Assembly (NCBI RefSeq): GCF_037042905.1
Contig: NC_087247.1
Coordinates: 11,408,001-11,472,000, forward strand
Length of the DNA stretch: 64,000 bases
Source: Lytechinus pictus
Taxonomy: Eukaryota
Direction of reading: 5' to 3'
The translations under genes were made by a program, and so were the position numbers. The first letter of the stretch is position 1; every line of letters starts with the position of its first letter. The notes under the pieces were generated by a model. It was not told where the DNA came from. It worked only from the letters and a program-made list of their open reading frames with translations, and ran no database searches. Positions 12,601 through 24,700 of the stretch are shown here, piece after piece.

Positions 12601-13439
12601 TTTTTATATATTTTTATGAAATAAAGACAAAATTCGATGAGCCCAATCGGGGGGATTTTGCATTGTTAATCCCCTAATGGTGGCTGGAGCCGTCTGTGTA
12701 CGAGGAGAAATTAACAATAAATAAAAATGTTAAAAAACTACTCGAAACAGACGGCTGCCAGCTGTTAACATTGGATGACACTTCACACGATGTGAACTAA
12801 AATTAAAAATTAAGTCTTGACAAAGAACAAAATTAAGGCAATGACTCAAAGCCAAAAAAATAAAAAATAAAAACTCAAAGTTTCAAACAAAAGTCAAAAT
12901 CCAACTTCGATTGACCAAACATGAAACAAAAATGTAAAGCCAAAGCCGGCCCAAGGCAAAGGTAAAGCCAAGCCCACTCATCCTACGAACGAGGTTATAA
13001 TGGCCAAGCCCAAAGCAACACAACGATAAAAAGCACGAAGTAAATTACTGACTAAACATGCTAAAAATAAATATTCATTCACAGAATTATATAGGCAAGA
13101 CAGTGGGTATTCTCTAACTTTAAGTCTTTAGTCTTGGCATTTTTCTTGCACAAAAATGGTTAAAACAGTATGGTATGCGTATGCATGGTCACCTGGGCCC
13201 CCGGGATTTGGCTCCTGTGCAATGCAAATTAGGGTAACACGGATTCGTGATAAATGAATTGGTCATTGTATGCATACGAGTTGCATACCGGTACGCCAGT
13301 AATGAAAATGGTCTAAAAAGAAAAATATTGTGTGGAAAATGACCGAGGGCTCGGTTCATACCTATACTTTAAATTATCCAGACCACCTTCGTCGTGACCA
13401 TGTTTTTTATTCTTTGATAGTTACTTACGTTGGCTTCAT
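492..13439 (-). CDS. KIF23: Kinesin-6 / MKLP1 (KIF23-like), 5' part; multi-exon, continues beyond the left edge
   Basis: Exons 13429-13439, 11497-11560, 8096-8185, 7844-7879, 7353-7458, 6608-6744, 5865-6034, 3360-3524 and 492-604 join by GT-AG in consistent phase. Product: [59 protein letters not shown], an MKLP1-type motor domain. Confidence 0.95.
1282..1699. mobile_element. PIF/Harbinger-type MITE
   Basis: TIR agcccccatcacactta / taagtgtgaggggggct; TAA on both flanks. Confidence 0.8.
2207..2319. repeat. ~110-bp imperfect palindrome (mini-MITE)
   Basis: ttctaccaacc..ttttgacaggct / agcttgtcaaaa..ggttggtagaa. Confidence 0.65.
2609..2632 (-). CDS. KIF23: Candidate KIF23 24-nt cassette microexon (NRWNRDEM)
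   Basis: Pyrimidine tract ..ttgttgcttacaccag|GAATCGTTGGAACAGAGATGAAAT|gtatgt; symmetric phase 2/2, no stop codon. Confidence 0.6.
3360..3524 (-). CDS. KIF23: KIF23 exon 8
   Basis: [27 protein letters not shown]. Confidence 0.95.
4023..5204 (-). mobile_element. Non-autonomous Helentron/HINE (DINE-1/Tsp/pearl-like) element with ~163-bp internal tandem array
   Basis: Subterminal IRs gtctcgcctgcat / atgcaggcgagac, an adjacent hairpin, a (GGC)n tract, tandem units and a T-rich flank; second copy at 44272-45199. Confidence 0.8.
5430..5645 (+). mobile_element. tRNA-derived SINE (internally deleted)
   Basis: A-box-like ccagtggtt and B box gttcgaatcc; same body as the copies at 59359 and 61108. Confidence 0.75.
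5865..6034 (-). CDS. KIF23: KIF23 exon 7
   Basis: [26 protein letters not shown]..; donor gttagt gives the correct phase. Confidence 0.88.
6608..6744 (-). CDS. KIF23: KIF23 exon 6 (P-loop)
   Basis: [29 protein letters not shown]. Confidence 0.95.
7353..7458 (-). CDS. KIF23: KIF23 exon 5
   Basis: [35 protein letters not shown]. Confidence 0.93.
7844..7879 (-). CDS. KIF23: KIF23 exon 4
   Basis: cag|[12 protein letters not shown]|gtaaat. Confidence 0.85.
8096..8185 (-). CDS. KIF23: KIF23 exon 3
   Basis: [30 protein letters not shown]; AG/GT borders. Confidence 0.93.
8282..8458. mobile_element. Tc1/mariner-like MITE
   Basis: gaaacctgtctatagtgaccac / gtggccactaacacaggttt; related to 59688-60190. 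Confidence 0.6.
8657..9480 (+). mobile_element. ~820-bp MITE, copy A (Harbinger-like, CWG target)
   Basis: TIR gggcggtattctgag / ctcagaataccaccc; subterminal ttttatct repeats. Confidence 0.85.
9660..9849. mobile_element. 190-bp palindromic MITE
   Basis: tttcataaagctgttcgtaa.. / ..ttacgaacagctttatgaaa; internal 19-bp duplication. Confidence 0.8.
9853..10666 (-). mobile_element. ~820-bp MITE, copy B (inverted relative to copy A)
   Basis: Reverse complement of 8657-9480; CAG on both flanks. Confidence 0.85.
11497..11560 (-). CDS. KIF23: KIF23 exon 2
   Basis: tttag|..[21 protein letters not shown]|gtaaga. Confidence 0.9.
11880..12190 (+). repeat. GAAA/GGAA purine-rich simple repeat
   Basis: Directly visible. 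Confidence 0.8.
13429..13439 (-). CDS. KIF23: KIF23 coding exon 1 (MKPT)
   Basis: ATGAAGCCAAC|gtaagt; phase matches the next exon. Confidence 0.85.
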
Positions 13440-13499
13440 GTTGGGATCCCTTGTCTAGTCAGAAATACAGCTATTTTGGTGATATCTTTGCTCAAATTC

Positions 13500-13745
13500 A
13501 GAAGAAAATCGGTCAGCCACAAAATGCATAAAAATCGTCTGCGCACAATATTGCATTCAAAAAGCGAGCGCGCTCGATCGATCGAAAGATCAAGAGCCAA
13601 TCATCGTTGAAATTGCAAGAGTGTAGCCGGAGAGGGAGACATTTCAAAACACGGAGATTTCGCGAACTTGCATCATTGCTGATCCTTGCGTAGGCATGGT
13701 GCAAGACCATTGTCCCCTGAACTTCCGGGGACCTGCTCTATCGCG
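13500..13745. promoter_or_regulatory. Bidirectional KIF23/TEP1 promoter with CHR-like and CCAAT motifs
   Basis: CpG-rich patch between the divergent genes. TTTGAA (minus) at 13556-13561 next to GCGCG and again at 13643-13648; CCAAT at 13597-13601. A donor GCG|gtaagg after 13745 suggests a non-coding TEP1 first exon. Confidence 0.6.
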
Positions 13746-15018
13746 GTAAGGTACCGGGCTGGGCCAGGGGCGTGATCCTCGGCATACATGTAACTACAGT
13801 CTACAAGCTCAGCTCAGTCTTATGGCACTTGACAATGACAGACTTCGGAAATTACATTACATGATGTAGAGCGAGCAGAGACAGAGCTGTACGAGACACA
13901 GATGAAGCTCAGTTCAAATTGGAATTTGGAGTAAGGAAAGAGTGTCATGTCACTGCTTGTAGTAAAGAAGAGGTAATTTCATCAACTTCAAGGCAAGCCA
14001 AGTGTGTCTGAGTGAAATTAAGACTGAATACCGATTACCGGTAGTAGCGGTACTGAACCTTGTTTGACTGACTCACTGAGAGTGAGACACTTGAGTGAAT
14101 TTCATTCCTGTAGACTGCTTCGAGAGTCAAGATGGTGTTTTGAATTTTGTCTTATTTTTTTTTATTTTATTGAGCAGGAGTAAGATAAGAAAAATAAGTA
14201 AGTTGAGGTTTGATTAAACAGGAGTTTCTCTTATTAAATTAACAGTTTCAGATGACAGTAAATATTTTACTAAAATATGTAGGCCTAGTAAAAAGTAGTA
14301 GATTGCTAGAATCTTTTAAAATGGCACTGTACATACTCCACAACACCAGACCTGTCAAATACAGTACAATAACTAGACGATGGACTGTACTTCATCAGAA
14401 GAAGAGGAAGAGAAGACTCCAGAGTCCAGGTATCTCCAAAGAAGCGGAGGGATCAGCTAAGAGAGAGGTTTCCCATTCCAGACCAATTTTACTTCCCACC
14501 TATGCATGAGCATGAGCGTGTCCAAAACTTTTCTGCATGCAAATCAGTTCATCAGATTTTGTGTGCGCTTCTGCGGGCAACTGTGTGTGAGATACAGGCG
14601 AGATAGCTACTGGCCAAATACTGTCAATAAGTTCAGAAATATATTTAGAAGAAATGATTTCCCAAAGGAATATTAAATCTCTCAATCAAAAGTGTGTTGT
14701 TTATAAATATCAGCATTTCAATGTCCGCAGAGCTCTTCTACCAATGATGCATTGCATTTGATGTGCAGATTTACTTGGAGTTGACTTTTAAAGATGGATG
14801 ATATAAATTTCGGTTATATTTCACAAAACTTTAATCATTTAATTATTGCTTACTTGAATTTGAATCCTAAATTCGTACTACCATTCAGAAGTCTAATCAA
14901 CAATTTATTGATTTTCTTTTTCAATCATCTGTTTCTCTTAAATGCAGAATAATTCATACTTATGAGTGAGGAAAAAATCAGCTTCTACTTTAGATATTAA
15001 ATTTGTCGACTTGTCAAG

Positions 15019-15714
15019 ATGAGTTACCTGTCAAACCCTCTGTTGACGGGTTCATTGTCGTCTGGTCTAACAGCAACAAAGCGAAAGGCAAGGGATGATG
15101 GCTGCAGTCAAGCGTCGGTCCCAAGCAAGCAGACGTCCACTGGAATGTCCCTCCAAAAAAGCAGCCTCTTTGGAAGCTCCCTGCTTGGTGGTGTCTCGAA
15201 GAAAGATGGCAAGTCCCAATTTAACCTGGGCATGAAGTCATCTAGTCTGGGCACCAAGTCCCCACTGATTGAAAACAAGCTGCTCTCTTCTGCAACAGCC
15301 AATACTGGTTTGCATAGTAAGCTTCAGGGCAGCTCTGGAAGATCCCTTCTAGCAGGCGGAAGCTTGCTATCGATGGGCAGCTCTCTCTCATCATCATCCT
15401 CTTTATCAGCCTCAGGGTACGGCAGCGTCTTGAAGGGTTCCCAGAAGACCCGCAGCTTGAGCCGTAGCAACAGCACCCAAGCCGAGGAGTCCAAGACCAA
15501 GAAGATCAAAGCACAGCATCTTCCAGAGCAGTCGAAGGAGGACAATGTCATTGACCCAACCCTTACCACGTGTGAGCTGCCAGACTACGATTTCTCACGA
15601 CAGCTTCCAGTTGCAAAGCCAGCTGTGCAGGAATATGATCACCAGTTTGAGAAGCTGGACATGGCCAAAACTCTGACGACAAAGCCAGGGGAAAACTACT
15701 CAACAAAATTAAAG
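15019..15714 (+). CDS. TEP1: TEP1 coding exon 1 (Ser/Gly/Lys-rich N-terminus)
   Basis: ORF from ATG to AAG|gtagag, phase 0. Confidence 0.85.
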
Positions 15715-18700
15715 GTAGAGTATTAATTAAAAAATTCATCTATTCAACTTATCAGGCCAAGCTAAATACATTGTGTTTACTTTTTTTTTAAATGAGGCAT
15801 CTAACTCATCTTATAAGAAAGATTCATAGTACATCTCCATTAGCAATCATGACTATACATTATGCATTCTATAAGATCATTTCTTGAAGCAATTTTGTCA
15901 ATCATTTTGAGAAACAATATCAGATTGATTTAAAGAAATTTAAATTGTTAAGGGTTATTGTAATATCCTTCAACTTGCTTTGTATTTCATTCAACTGGAA
16001 ATATACATGTTCATGTTATTTGTTTTGAAAAGTTATGAAATAGCTATGAAATAATGTAGCTTATTGCAAGTATTTTGATTCAACAGCAACAGTTCATCAA
16101 TGCTGTTAGTGCCTCCCTGATCGGTGGCCCAAACTTTCATGAGCGTGGAGATAGCACAAGAAAGAATATCAACAGGCAGGCCACTTCCATCATCAATGAA
16201 GATCCTGAATTTATTCTAAAGGTGAGCAAAGAGAATTACTCCTGCAGAAGGATTCCAAATGTTTGGAGGGAAATTGAAGGGTGATACGACATTTTCTCCT
16301 GGGACGATTGCTCCGGGGCTTGATTTCGTCTAAGGTGTAGAGTTAGGGTTAGGGTTGCTATAGGGTTTTATGTTGGGTTTAGGTTAAGCTTAGGGTAGGG
16401 CATAGTGTTAAACCTTGGGTTGAAGTTGGTTATTCGATTAGTGTGTGGAATTTAGAGCGGAGCAATTGTCACCGGAGCGATGCCTTGATTTATATATTTC
16501 AACTTATTGTGACATTAGGCTGAAATTGTGAAAAAGAAGTATGGTAATCTATTTTTTAAAGATGTTTAGGAAGTGTCAACTGTCAAAGTATGAGGAATAT
16601 AAGAATATGTTTTAGTGACAATTACCGTATGTTCTGTATCTGATTACTTAATATTTGCTTTTACAGAATGTTGTCATGTTTTTTATTATTTTTTTACTTT
16701 GATAGCTACATGCAGGAACTTTTTTATTTCATCTGATTGCATAACGCCAGGACATGGTTGCTTTAAACTGAGTATCTAAGTCAATTTTCCCCATTCAAAG
16801 CATGTATGTTTCAGATGATTCCATGTGTTGTAATGTGTACATAGCTGTGCATATTGCATTGGTTCACTTTTATGGCTGATGCAAGGCTTTGAAATACACT
16901 ACACCCCTTAAATTGCAACCTTGATGTCAAAAGTTGTGCAAGGCTTGAATGCTGGGAATTGCCATTATAATAATTCTACCATCTTCAGGGAGCCTTTTTT
17001 TTTGTATTCAGTGATTTTAATGCGGAATGCTATTCATTGCCTATTATTGATTACGTTGATCTCCTAATTTATGAATGACCTCCCTGATATTGAAAATTTT
17101 CCTGATAAAATTGGCAGAATAACAGAATAGGTAATTGTTACAAGTATCAGATTACCCAATTAACACATCATTACACATTGCTGGGATTTGTTTTCTTCCT
17201 TGTACTACTTTCATGCAATGAATGTTAGGGCTATGATTTAAGTATGATTGGTCAAAACATGTCTTGTATCTAATAGTTACTGTCCGGTGACATAACATTG
17301 CTCGTGCGACATTTGCTCCATATTAGGGTTTATTTGGTTTTGGAGGTTAGAATTTATGATTGGCTTAATAATAATGTGCAGATTTTCCATCAGAGCAATT
17401 GTCGCCGGAGCAAATGTTATGGAACCTACTGTCCATGGTCTAATATTTGATGAACAATCTTAGAAATGCATATACTGTCTTTTAATATTTCTTGGGTTTT
17501 CCATATTTTTTTAGTTCAGACAATTTAAACGTGGCAATGAAGGTTATGATTGTATAGATATTTCAATTTATTGCCAATTATTTAACTGATAGAAACAAAT
17601 GATACGCAGGCCTACTCACAGAGACTATCTTTGTTTTTCACAGATGACTTGCAACCTGAAGGTCATTCTGTATGTCATGAATAGGTTTTTATAAACTGCA
17701 AACATAAATGAAAAATGCTCACTCTTAAGAAAAAAAAAGAGTAGGCCTAATATTTATGTTCCAGTGTTAAATATAGTATGTGTCATTTGCCTTTAATCAG
17801 GTTGCACTGTATACGAGGAAGGAGTTGAATATACGTACCACAGCCAATTTCCTGCTAGCTCTTGCGGCCATGACCCCCGAGTGCCGACCTTTTCTCAGGA
17901 AGTATTTCAGCTCCAGCATTGCCCTGCCATCTGATTGGATAGATGTAGCAGAACTTTACCAGGTAATGATGAATTTGGAACAGATTTTTTCTTAATTTCG
18001 AAATCACAAACTGTCAACCAGTGTATAATACATTGATCTATTGGGAGGTTGGGAGGGAGAAAAATTGATATATGGATGGATAGATACATAGATGGGTGGA
18101 TGGATGGATGGATAAATGGATAGATAGATATGTAGTGCATCTCTTGAAAAAACAGAACCAAGAATTATCTACGATTTATCATATCTTAATCACAAATACA
18201 ATAGACACACGACCCACCATTGTAAAGCTTAGAGTCTCCTCTTCGAGCTGGTATAACTTTAGATAACTCTTTTTTCATGCATGAGTGAGTAAAAACAAAA
18301 TTTTTGAAGAAAGGATACTAAAAGTCACTTGTTGGGCAGTATCTGAATTTCACAAAGAAAATCACTTGTCTAGAAAGTGTAATATCTACTCTTTAATGTG
18401 ACACTTCAATCGAAGAAAGTGGTCAAGAAATGAATATGTAAAGACAAACTTATTGTTGATTTCTCTTCTTACAGACATTCCATGATAAGAATATCAACTA
18501 CGGATCCCTGCCATCGGCCCTCCGCAAGGCGATGATTGATCGATTTCCTCGCTTTGATCAGTACCAGCTTGGTAAGTGTTTTAGGTTATTATTGAATCAA
18601 GCAATAGAATACACTCAAGTCGCGAGCAAAATATCTGTTTGCCAATTTAATCAGGTAGGAACTTTTATTGGATTTGACACCTTTGCTATTACCATGATCT

Positions 18701-21700
18701 TCCATTCTTGAAAAGTTGAAAGCAACAGCATTTTCCTTTTTAAATTTTATATTTAGAAATGAATAGGGATTGTTGGGAGGCGCGGTAGCTCAGTCGGTAG
18801 AGCGGGGATTTGTATTGCGGTGACCCGGGTGTGATTCCCACTTGGTGCGCTAGTGCCCTTTGGTAAGGCATTAATCCTCAGTACCAGGTCCTTTGGAGAG
18901 GACCTTAAGCTGTCGGTCCTCTGGTTGCTTGCTTACAAGCATTCATGCTTTCTTAGCAATCAGGTAAAAAATCATCACCATCACCATCATCAGAATACCT
19001 CCACAAGGCAATGCTTTCCGAATGGCAGCCGTGGAAAAATGCCCAAGAGATGTTTTTTGTGCATTATAGATTTGGCTCGGTATTCAACCATTTATTTGAA
19101 TTGCCTGGTGAGGAAACTACCAAATATTGGCAGCTAATTCTGCTGTCTCACCAATGAAGATGACTCAAAACTGATCACGGATATCACATTATTTTGAAGG
19201 ACGCACCATCGGTAGGTTTGGATTCAGTTTTGTTAGTGTCATCATGAAACCTTATGATCAGGGCAGGTTTCTTAAAGGTAAAAAAGGTAATTGCAATGAA
19301 CAATTATTTCATGAGAAAGCTGTTAAAATCAAGGTTAATTACTACATGTATCATATTATCATAGGTCAAGATCTGGTACATTGCAATCAACTCATCTTTG
19401 TGAAATCATGAAATCTTAGCTGAAAAACCTACATGTTTAATGATAATAACACAAAAAGGCATATGTGGGACAGTGCATCAATATTTGCTTGGAAAATATT
19501 GCTTATTTTGCTCATTTATCAGCAATTCCACTTTTTCTTTTCCAGAGCCAATTGGCACATATTTTGTTTATTTATACATGCAAACATTTGGGTGGTCATT
19601 TTATTGGATTCTGTTTGAACTCATTTTGAGATTCTTACAACTGGTTCTAACAATGATGTTACAACATCTTTAAGTCAGAGCTGATCTTCCAACTGGAGGA
19701 ACTTGGGGAGTATTTCATGAAACGCGGTCAGTGATTTAAACTTATTATATGTTATAAGCTACTGAAACCCTTGCATCCGAGTGGCTCAAAGCAAATTGGT
19801 CAGTGAAAATCACCAAGCAAGCTGTTCGTTAAGTTCCGAATGACTTCATGGCTGACTGGTGACGCTTTCTTGTACTACATGATATATCCACATGTAGCTG
19901 ACTTAGTACCTTAGAAACCCATTCCAGTCTTGCTTAAAGTCGTGCGTAACTTCATGAATGGCTTTATGAAACATCCACCCGGGTCCCCCGTCTTACAAAA
20001 AGTTATGATTGATCCGATCAACTTCAAGTATATGAAAATCCATCTATGTCATAATTTTTCCCCAAGAAAATTTGCAAAATGTCATTTGAAAACAGTGACT
20101 GCATGAATATACATCATATATATCTAGAAAATAATTCAAACAAACGTGTATATTAGATGTTGACGTTGCCGGCTTTCCATAGTTGTGGTTGATTGGATCA
20201 ATCGTAACTCTTTGTAAGACGGGGGCCTGGATCTTCCATTCTTTAACATTTGATGCTTTGCTTCTGCAGCAAAGTACAACAAGGACAAGAAGAAGAAGAA
20301 ACCCGCTGCCAAAACCGACAAGCCAGCCAAGGAGGAGAACCTCCCGGATGATAGAGATGATGGAGATAGTGAGAACAGTGATACGGATGAGGAGGAGATG
20401 GAGAGATTGAGCTTTACCCTCAAGCAGTTGATCCGGAAGCTTCACATCAATGATCCAGTAGACAGTGTGATGTGCCTCCTTGGAAAGAGGTAAAATGCTT
20501 GGAACAACCAGGGGTGGGGGTGCTACTCCCCCCCCCCCATGCAAACAAATGTAGAACTACTATGTTACCGCAGTCATTGTGAAGTTACTGTTGCATTAAT
20601 GTTAATTCTAATGTCTTGCCCATCTCTTGATACCAAGTTTTAAGAAAATTAAACAAGTGGTTGAGGGTTATGGTTTATTCTTGTAATCATCTGATTTGGC
20701 GTCAGAACACCTCCGTTTCAATGGAAATAATAATGAATATAGAAATACATGCATCATTGAATATGTAGAAAGTCCAATAGTGCAGGTTTGATTTGTCAGC
20801 TCAAATCATTCACAAGTGACTAGGAATATTTTCTGAAATATTTCTCTTCATCATTAACACTTGAGGCAAGAGTCAAGTAAAGATAGGAAATGTATAATGT
20901 AAGTGCATTTTTGAAACTTTTGGCTTTCCATAGTTTTAGCACAGAGTTAGACCATGGCGTAAGTTAAACTGGACTTAAAGAACACGGGCCAGAGTCTTAC
21001 AGTTGTCAGTGTTATCTTGCAGGTACCCAGAAGACATGGAGTCCTTCTACCAGAGCCGTCTTCCCGGTACGTGGGACGCCGAGAGGGCCGGTAAGAGGAT
21101 GAAGCTACCTACCCCAGAGACCTGGGAGACGCAGGTCTCGCTGAAGGGCAATAAAGCACCAGTCTGGGAGCAACTTATTGGTAAGCTGAATGCTCCCCAA
21201 GGGAGTGGAGATGGTGTGCATAGGAAGTATTATATTTGATTAGTTGTCTATTAAGTGCCTACCAGTGAAAAGCAAATAAAAAATTCTTCACACTCTAGAG
21301 AACAGGGAAGCATGGGTCTCGGTGAAAGAAATTAAAGCACCAGGTTGGGAACAAGATGCATGCTCCCCAGGGAGTGTGGATGTTTGTGCATCTAGGAAAT
21401 CTTGTATTGGTGTATTCAGCACCTACATGTACCATTGAAAAGTAAAGATAAAAAATTAACAAGCTTCAGTAATTTTCAGCTCGGATTAAAGTGCAACTGC
21501 CATTCATGGCCATGCTGCGCAACCTATGCAACTCGATTGCCACCGGGATCAGTTAAGATTAAAGTCTAACATTTGATTAATATGTCTTTGCATCTTAGAC
21601 AACAAGAAACTGCCGTTCATGGCCATGCTGCGCAACCTGCGCAACATGATCGCTGCCGGGATCAGTGAGAAGCACCACAAGTGGGTCCTCTACAAGCTGA

Positions 21701-24700
21701 CCGACCGAGGCTCGGTGGTCTACAGCAAGCAGTTTCCTTTCCGGTTCTTCTCGGCTTACGAGGTGCTTCAGAGCATGGAGCGTGAACTGGAGAAAGCAGG
21801 TGAAGATTCAATTTTTAAGGGTCTTGAAAAGTAGTAGTCACTTGCCGCCCTTTCACACGGTACCAAAATTGTAATTTGAATGATGACTCCATCGAAAAAT
21901 AATTCTCAAGACAAATTTTTAGCATGTGCCAAACCAAACTAGAATCACGATCGCTAATCACAATCATGAATTCAAATTCTGTTCCGGATGTGAATTCCAG
22001 TTAAGTTTCACTCAAATTACGGGACAAATTTTACGTCTGAAAGGGTTGACCTCCAAAACATCTTTTGAGGGGCGATGCTTACGTGACCTTTCAAGCACTT
22101 CCGTAGATAATACATTGTCATGCAAAACATCTTTTGAGGGGCGGTGCTTACGTGACCTTTCAAGCACTTCCGTAGATAATGCATTGTCATGCACTCATCG
22201 TAGTTTCTTTTTTGCGATGTAGTGCTTTGATTGGGTTTGATTGGCAAGTCACCAAGGACACAATACCGCATTCGCTCAGGAATTCGAATTCAAATCACAG
22301 TTTTCGAGTGAACGTGTGTATGGTACAATGATTCTAAAGACGAATTGCAATCATTGATTACGTGACCTTTCAAGCACTTCCGTAGATAATACATTGTCAT
22401 GCACTCATCGTAGTTTCTTTTTTGCGATGTAGTGCTTTGATCGGGTTTGATTGGCAAGTCACCAAGGACACAATACCGTATTCGCTCAGGAATTCAAATT
22501 CAAATCACAGTTTTCGAGTGAACGTGTGTATGGTACAATGATTCTAAAGACGAATTGCAATCATCATCACAATGATGATTTAAGATTCTCGTGTGTAAAG
22601 GCCCTTGGTCTAACACGACTTTAATTGGTCTGATTTCCAACTCATCTGACACCGTAGTAGTTGAATCCATTGGCCTGTATTCTGAACTCTAGTTCAACTT
22701 CTACTATGGTCCGAAAGTCTGCTCAAATTGTGAAGAGCTATAGATTTCAAAATTTTTATTTTAGTTTAGGTTCACTGGGTTCTTACAAAATAACTTTGTC
22801 CTCTTAGTTTTTGTCATTTTTGAATGACTTTTTGGTCTATTACCATATTTGACAGACTAGATTTATAACATTTGTTTGAAGCAATTTAGTGAAGTTCACA
22901 TAGATATACGACTGTCTAAAATGACTTACGGATCCCATCTTACAAAGAGATGCCCTTGATCCTCTCAACCTCAATTATATGGGAATCCATCGTATTTTTC
23001 CAACAGGAAATTTTGAACAATGTCATTTGTCGACAAAGAGGAGCACATTGGATTGTCAAGAAAACATTTGAATACATGAGTAGGCTTCCTATCTAGAAAA
23101 CATTTTGAGCAAACATGCATTTCAGATGCTGGCGTTGCTGACTTCCTTCCTTGATCAGGGGCCAATTTCATAAAGAGTTAAAACTGATGTAACTTTGCCA
23201 TATTGGCAACTACCATGGCAACAGGGCTCAGCAGCCAATCATAATCAAGTTTACCATGGCAGTTGCCATAATGGCAAAGTTACAACAGTTGTAACTCTTT
23301 ATGAAACGGACCCCAGATTAATCACAACTCTTTCTAAGACGAAGCCCATATTAATGTGCCTTAACACTCGCAATATCAACATCGTTAATTGTCATTTTAA
23401 GTACTGTACTATGAGAGGAGAGTGTCTTGGGTAAAGAAATTGCTGTAATTTGTCTTAAAAACATAGTTCCAAGGTGATGAGTGGTATTCAGAAGGGGATT
23501 ATTCTTATGAAATATTTATCTGTTTTGTAGATAAACTGAAAGAGCAGTTGGCCAGTGGTATACGGCCCCCTCAACCGAGAGGCAAGCGGGCCAGAAAGGA
23601 AGACCAGGTACCCAAGTGGAAGCGTGCCAAGATGGAGAAGAAACGCAGGTTGGTGATTGGTACAAACTAATACCCATCACAGAGGGCACTAGTAAGAATT
23701 ATATGCACAGGATACCTTTGCAACAGTTCTAACATGCCTAAGGCTTAGTCGGGGACACTAGGACTGTTTCAATGGTTAACAAGAGGATCCATCTAGTTTA
23801 TTTTCTTTCTTTTTTCTTTTGTGCCGTAATATAGAAATTTGGCCTATAGAAAAGTTCTTGAAATATTGAAAGTTAAGGCCTGATGAAGTGTTGCTTGTGG
23901 ATATTGGTTGTGTCACATAATCTGTAACTTTTATTTTCTTTTGTTGTTCTTGCAACAGTTTTAAATCATACATAATTCTATCATAAGTTTTTATTTCTAT
24001 TTTAAAGTAACGTATTATAAACATTGTCTACAAAATAAATCTGTGAGTTAAAATTTTTTAATTGGTATTTGTCATTTATATAATTGAATATAATTATAAA
24101 TGTATGAATGTAATAGCATGAAAATATGAAAGATGAAGATATGAAATATCATATTTTCTGTTCTGTTGGATATATGATTGAATTAGAATTTGAAGTTGAA
24201 ATGCCTTGTTTTTCCCCTCCAGTGAGCTGCCATATGACATTACCATCTTGAACCGCTACCGCAAGGCCCTTGACACTGCCGTCAAGATCGCCACGAGTTA
24301 CAATGTGAAGCCGATCCCCGGCAAGACGCTTCTGCTTTGCAACGTCGGTAGTTCTATGGAGACCCCTTGCTCCTCCGCCAAGGGGCTTGGAAAGAAAAGA
24401 ACTGTGAGTTTGTATTTCTTTCATCCCCCACTCCTCATATTCGTAATCTCTTATGCCACATTTAATTCAATATCATGGATATTGAAGTCTACCTTCTCCT
24501 TTCTTTCACGTTGTCGGAATTCCCAATTTGTTACTATCCTATAGATGCAAGAAGTGTTGATTTAACACTCAGTGGTATATTGAAGCCCCAATCCTGTAAC
24601 TATCTCATCACTTACATTTCCAATGCCTTCTGCCTGATATTAGCAAAAAGTATGAATTTAGCATCATCCCTTGATATATTGAACCGCTTTTTCACTTCTT

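Noticed and set aside
16280-16482. TTAGGG-like repeats inside the telomerase-associated gene
   Set aside because: They are degenerate and internal to a multi-copy TIR element (four copies here). There is no evidence of a link to TEP1 function or of a true interstitial telomere.
18775-18850. tRNA-like or vault-RNA-like Pol III heads (also at 5430, 36096, 59359, 61108)
   Set aside because: No complete cloverleaf and no nearby T-run terminator. Each continues into a SINE body with a simple-repeat tail.
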